Shown: positions 63,073 through 64,000 of the stretch, one piece after another
Position numbering within the stretch: position 1 is the stretch's first letter
Layout of the letters: each line of letters begins with the position of its first letter
Assembly: GCA_048268245.1 (NCBI GenBank)
Contig: JBLWVX010000013.1
Location: 1 to 64,000, forward strand
Direction of reading: 5' to 3'
DNA: 64,000 bases
Source: Arcobacteraceae bacterium
GTDB lineage: Bacteria; Campylobacterota; Campylobacteria; Campylobacterales; Arcobacteraceae
Made by a program: the position numbers and the translations under genes
The notes under the pieces: generated by a model
What the model saw: only the letters and a program-made list of their open reading frames with translations
The model's database searches: none
Told to the model about the DNA's origin: nothing

Positions 63073-64000
63073 ATGAGCATCTTTAGAAGAATCAAAAAAG
63101 CCCTTGGCTGGGAAATTCGAACAGTCAAACCAGAATACGACTTAAATCCATTAATATACTCACAATTAAAACCATTTAGATTACCATTTGTATTAGTTCA
63201 AATCATTATGATGATAGGTACACTTGGATATATTATCATTGATGACTTTTCAATTTTAGACGCAATATTTCAAACAGGTATTACATTTACAACTGTTGGG
63301 TTTGGAGAAATTGCTCCTATTTCACCTGCAGGTAGATTTTTTACTATTACACTTATTATTTTTGGTTTTGCAGTATTTACACTGTCTACTGCTGTTTTAA
63401 TTGATACAGTTGTTAAAGGAAGGTTGTTTGACCTATATAAGGAAAGAAGTATGTTATATAAGATTGCAAGACTTAGAAGACATTTCGTTATTTTTTATCA
63501 TAATGAGTACACTTCACAGTTAGCAAAACAGTTTAGAGAGAATCATATTCCTTTTGTTGTTGTTGATCCAAGTGAGGATATTGAACAAATTGCAAAAGAG
63601 AATGGTTATCCATATTTTGTAAAAGAAGAGCCTTATAAAGAAGTTGCTTTTTTGAAATCACATTTAAGTTCTGCAAAAGGTGCTATATCTTTATCAAAAA
63701 ATATTTCAGACAATATTACTTTAATTGCATCTGTTAGACTTTATGAAAAAGAGCTTGGAAGAAGTCCTTTTTTAATTATATCAAATGCAGAAACACAAAA
63801 TGAGAAAATCAGGCTAAAAAAGCTTGGAGCTGATAAAGTTGTTGCAACTCCATCTCTAATGGCAAAAAGAGTATCAGCTATGGCTATTAGACCAGACATG
63901 GAAAATGTACTTGATGAGTTCTTATATAAAAGAGATACACCTATTGATATGGAAGAAGTATATGTAAATGAAGAATCGTGGGTTGTAAATAGAGAGATTA
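63073..64000 (+). CDS. Potassium channel with RCK/TrkA domain (runs off the window end)
   Basis: ATG 63073; selectivity filter TTVGFGE; LKKLGADKVV. Confidence 0.88.
   Translation, partial: MSIFRRIKKALGWEIRTVKPEYDLNPLIYSQLKPFRLPFVLVQIIMMIGTLGYIIIDDFSILDAIFQTGITFTTVGFGEIAPISPAGRFFTITLIIFGFAVFTLSTAVLIDTVVKGRLFDLYKERSMLYKIARLRRHFVIFYHNEYTSQLAKQFRENHIPFVVVDPSEDIEQIAKENGYPYFVKEEPYKEVAFLKSHLSSAKGAISLSKNISDNITLIASVRLYEKELGRSPFLIISNAETQNEKIRLKKLGADKVVATPSLMAKRVSAMAIRPDMENVLDEFLYKRDTPIDMEEVYVNEESWVVNREI

Overview
AT-rich bacterial chromosomal window. Gene content and order suggest Campylobacterota, probably Arcobacteraceae (inference). Most of it is housekeeping: a NUDIX gene, the proVWX osmoprotectant ABC transporter, a two-component system with an S8 protease, a D-amino-acid locus (YheO-type regulator, ridA, dadA-like, AGCS symporter, alr), tesA plus a YbbAP-type ABC transporter, rimK, a TRAP transporter, gltBD, ppx, an LPS/LOS glycosyltransferase locus, rpmB and a truncated K+ channel gene. 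The accessory stretch at about 21.7-29.2 kb is a small defence island. It holds a three-gene operon in which an uncharacterised 595-aa protein with a nuclease-like C-terminus precedes Hachiman hamA and hamB. After that come a 5'-truncated NERD gene, a PemK/MazF-like toxin with a nonsense mutation, and an 18-codon RelB/DinJ-like remnant that keeps its promoter and operator. A lone phage-type family-B DNA polymerase (32980-34929) has a clamp-binding-like C-terminal motif, appears leaderless and has no phage neighbours. Four deletion-riddled pseudogene loci and three candidate ATT/ATA start codons are also visible. No rRNA, tRNA, CRISPR array, integrase or transposase was recognised. All family calls are from motif recognition by eye, not from database searches.
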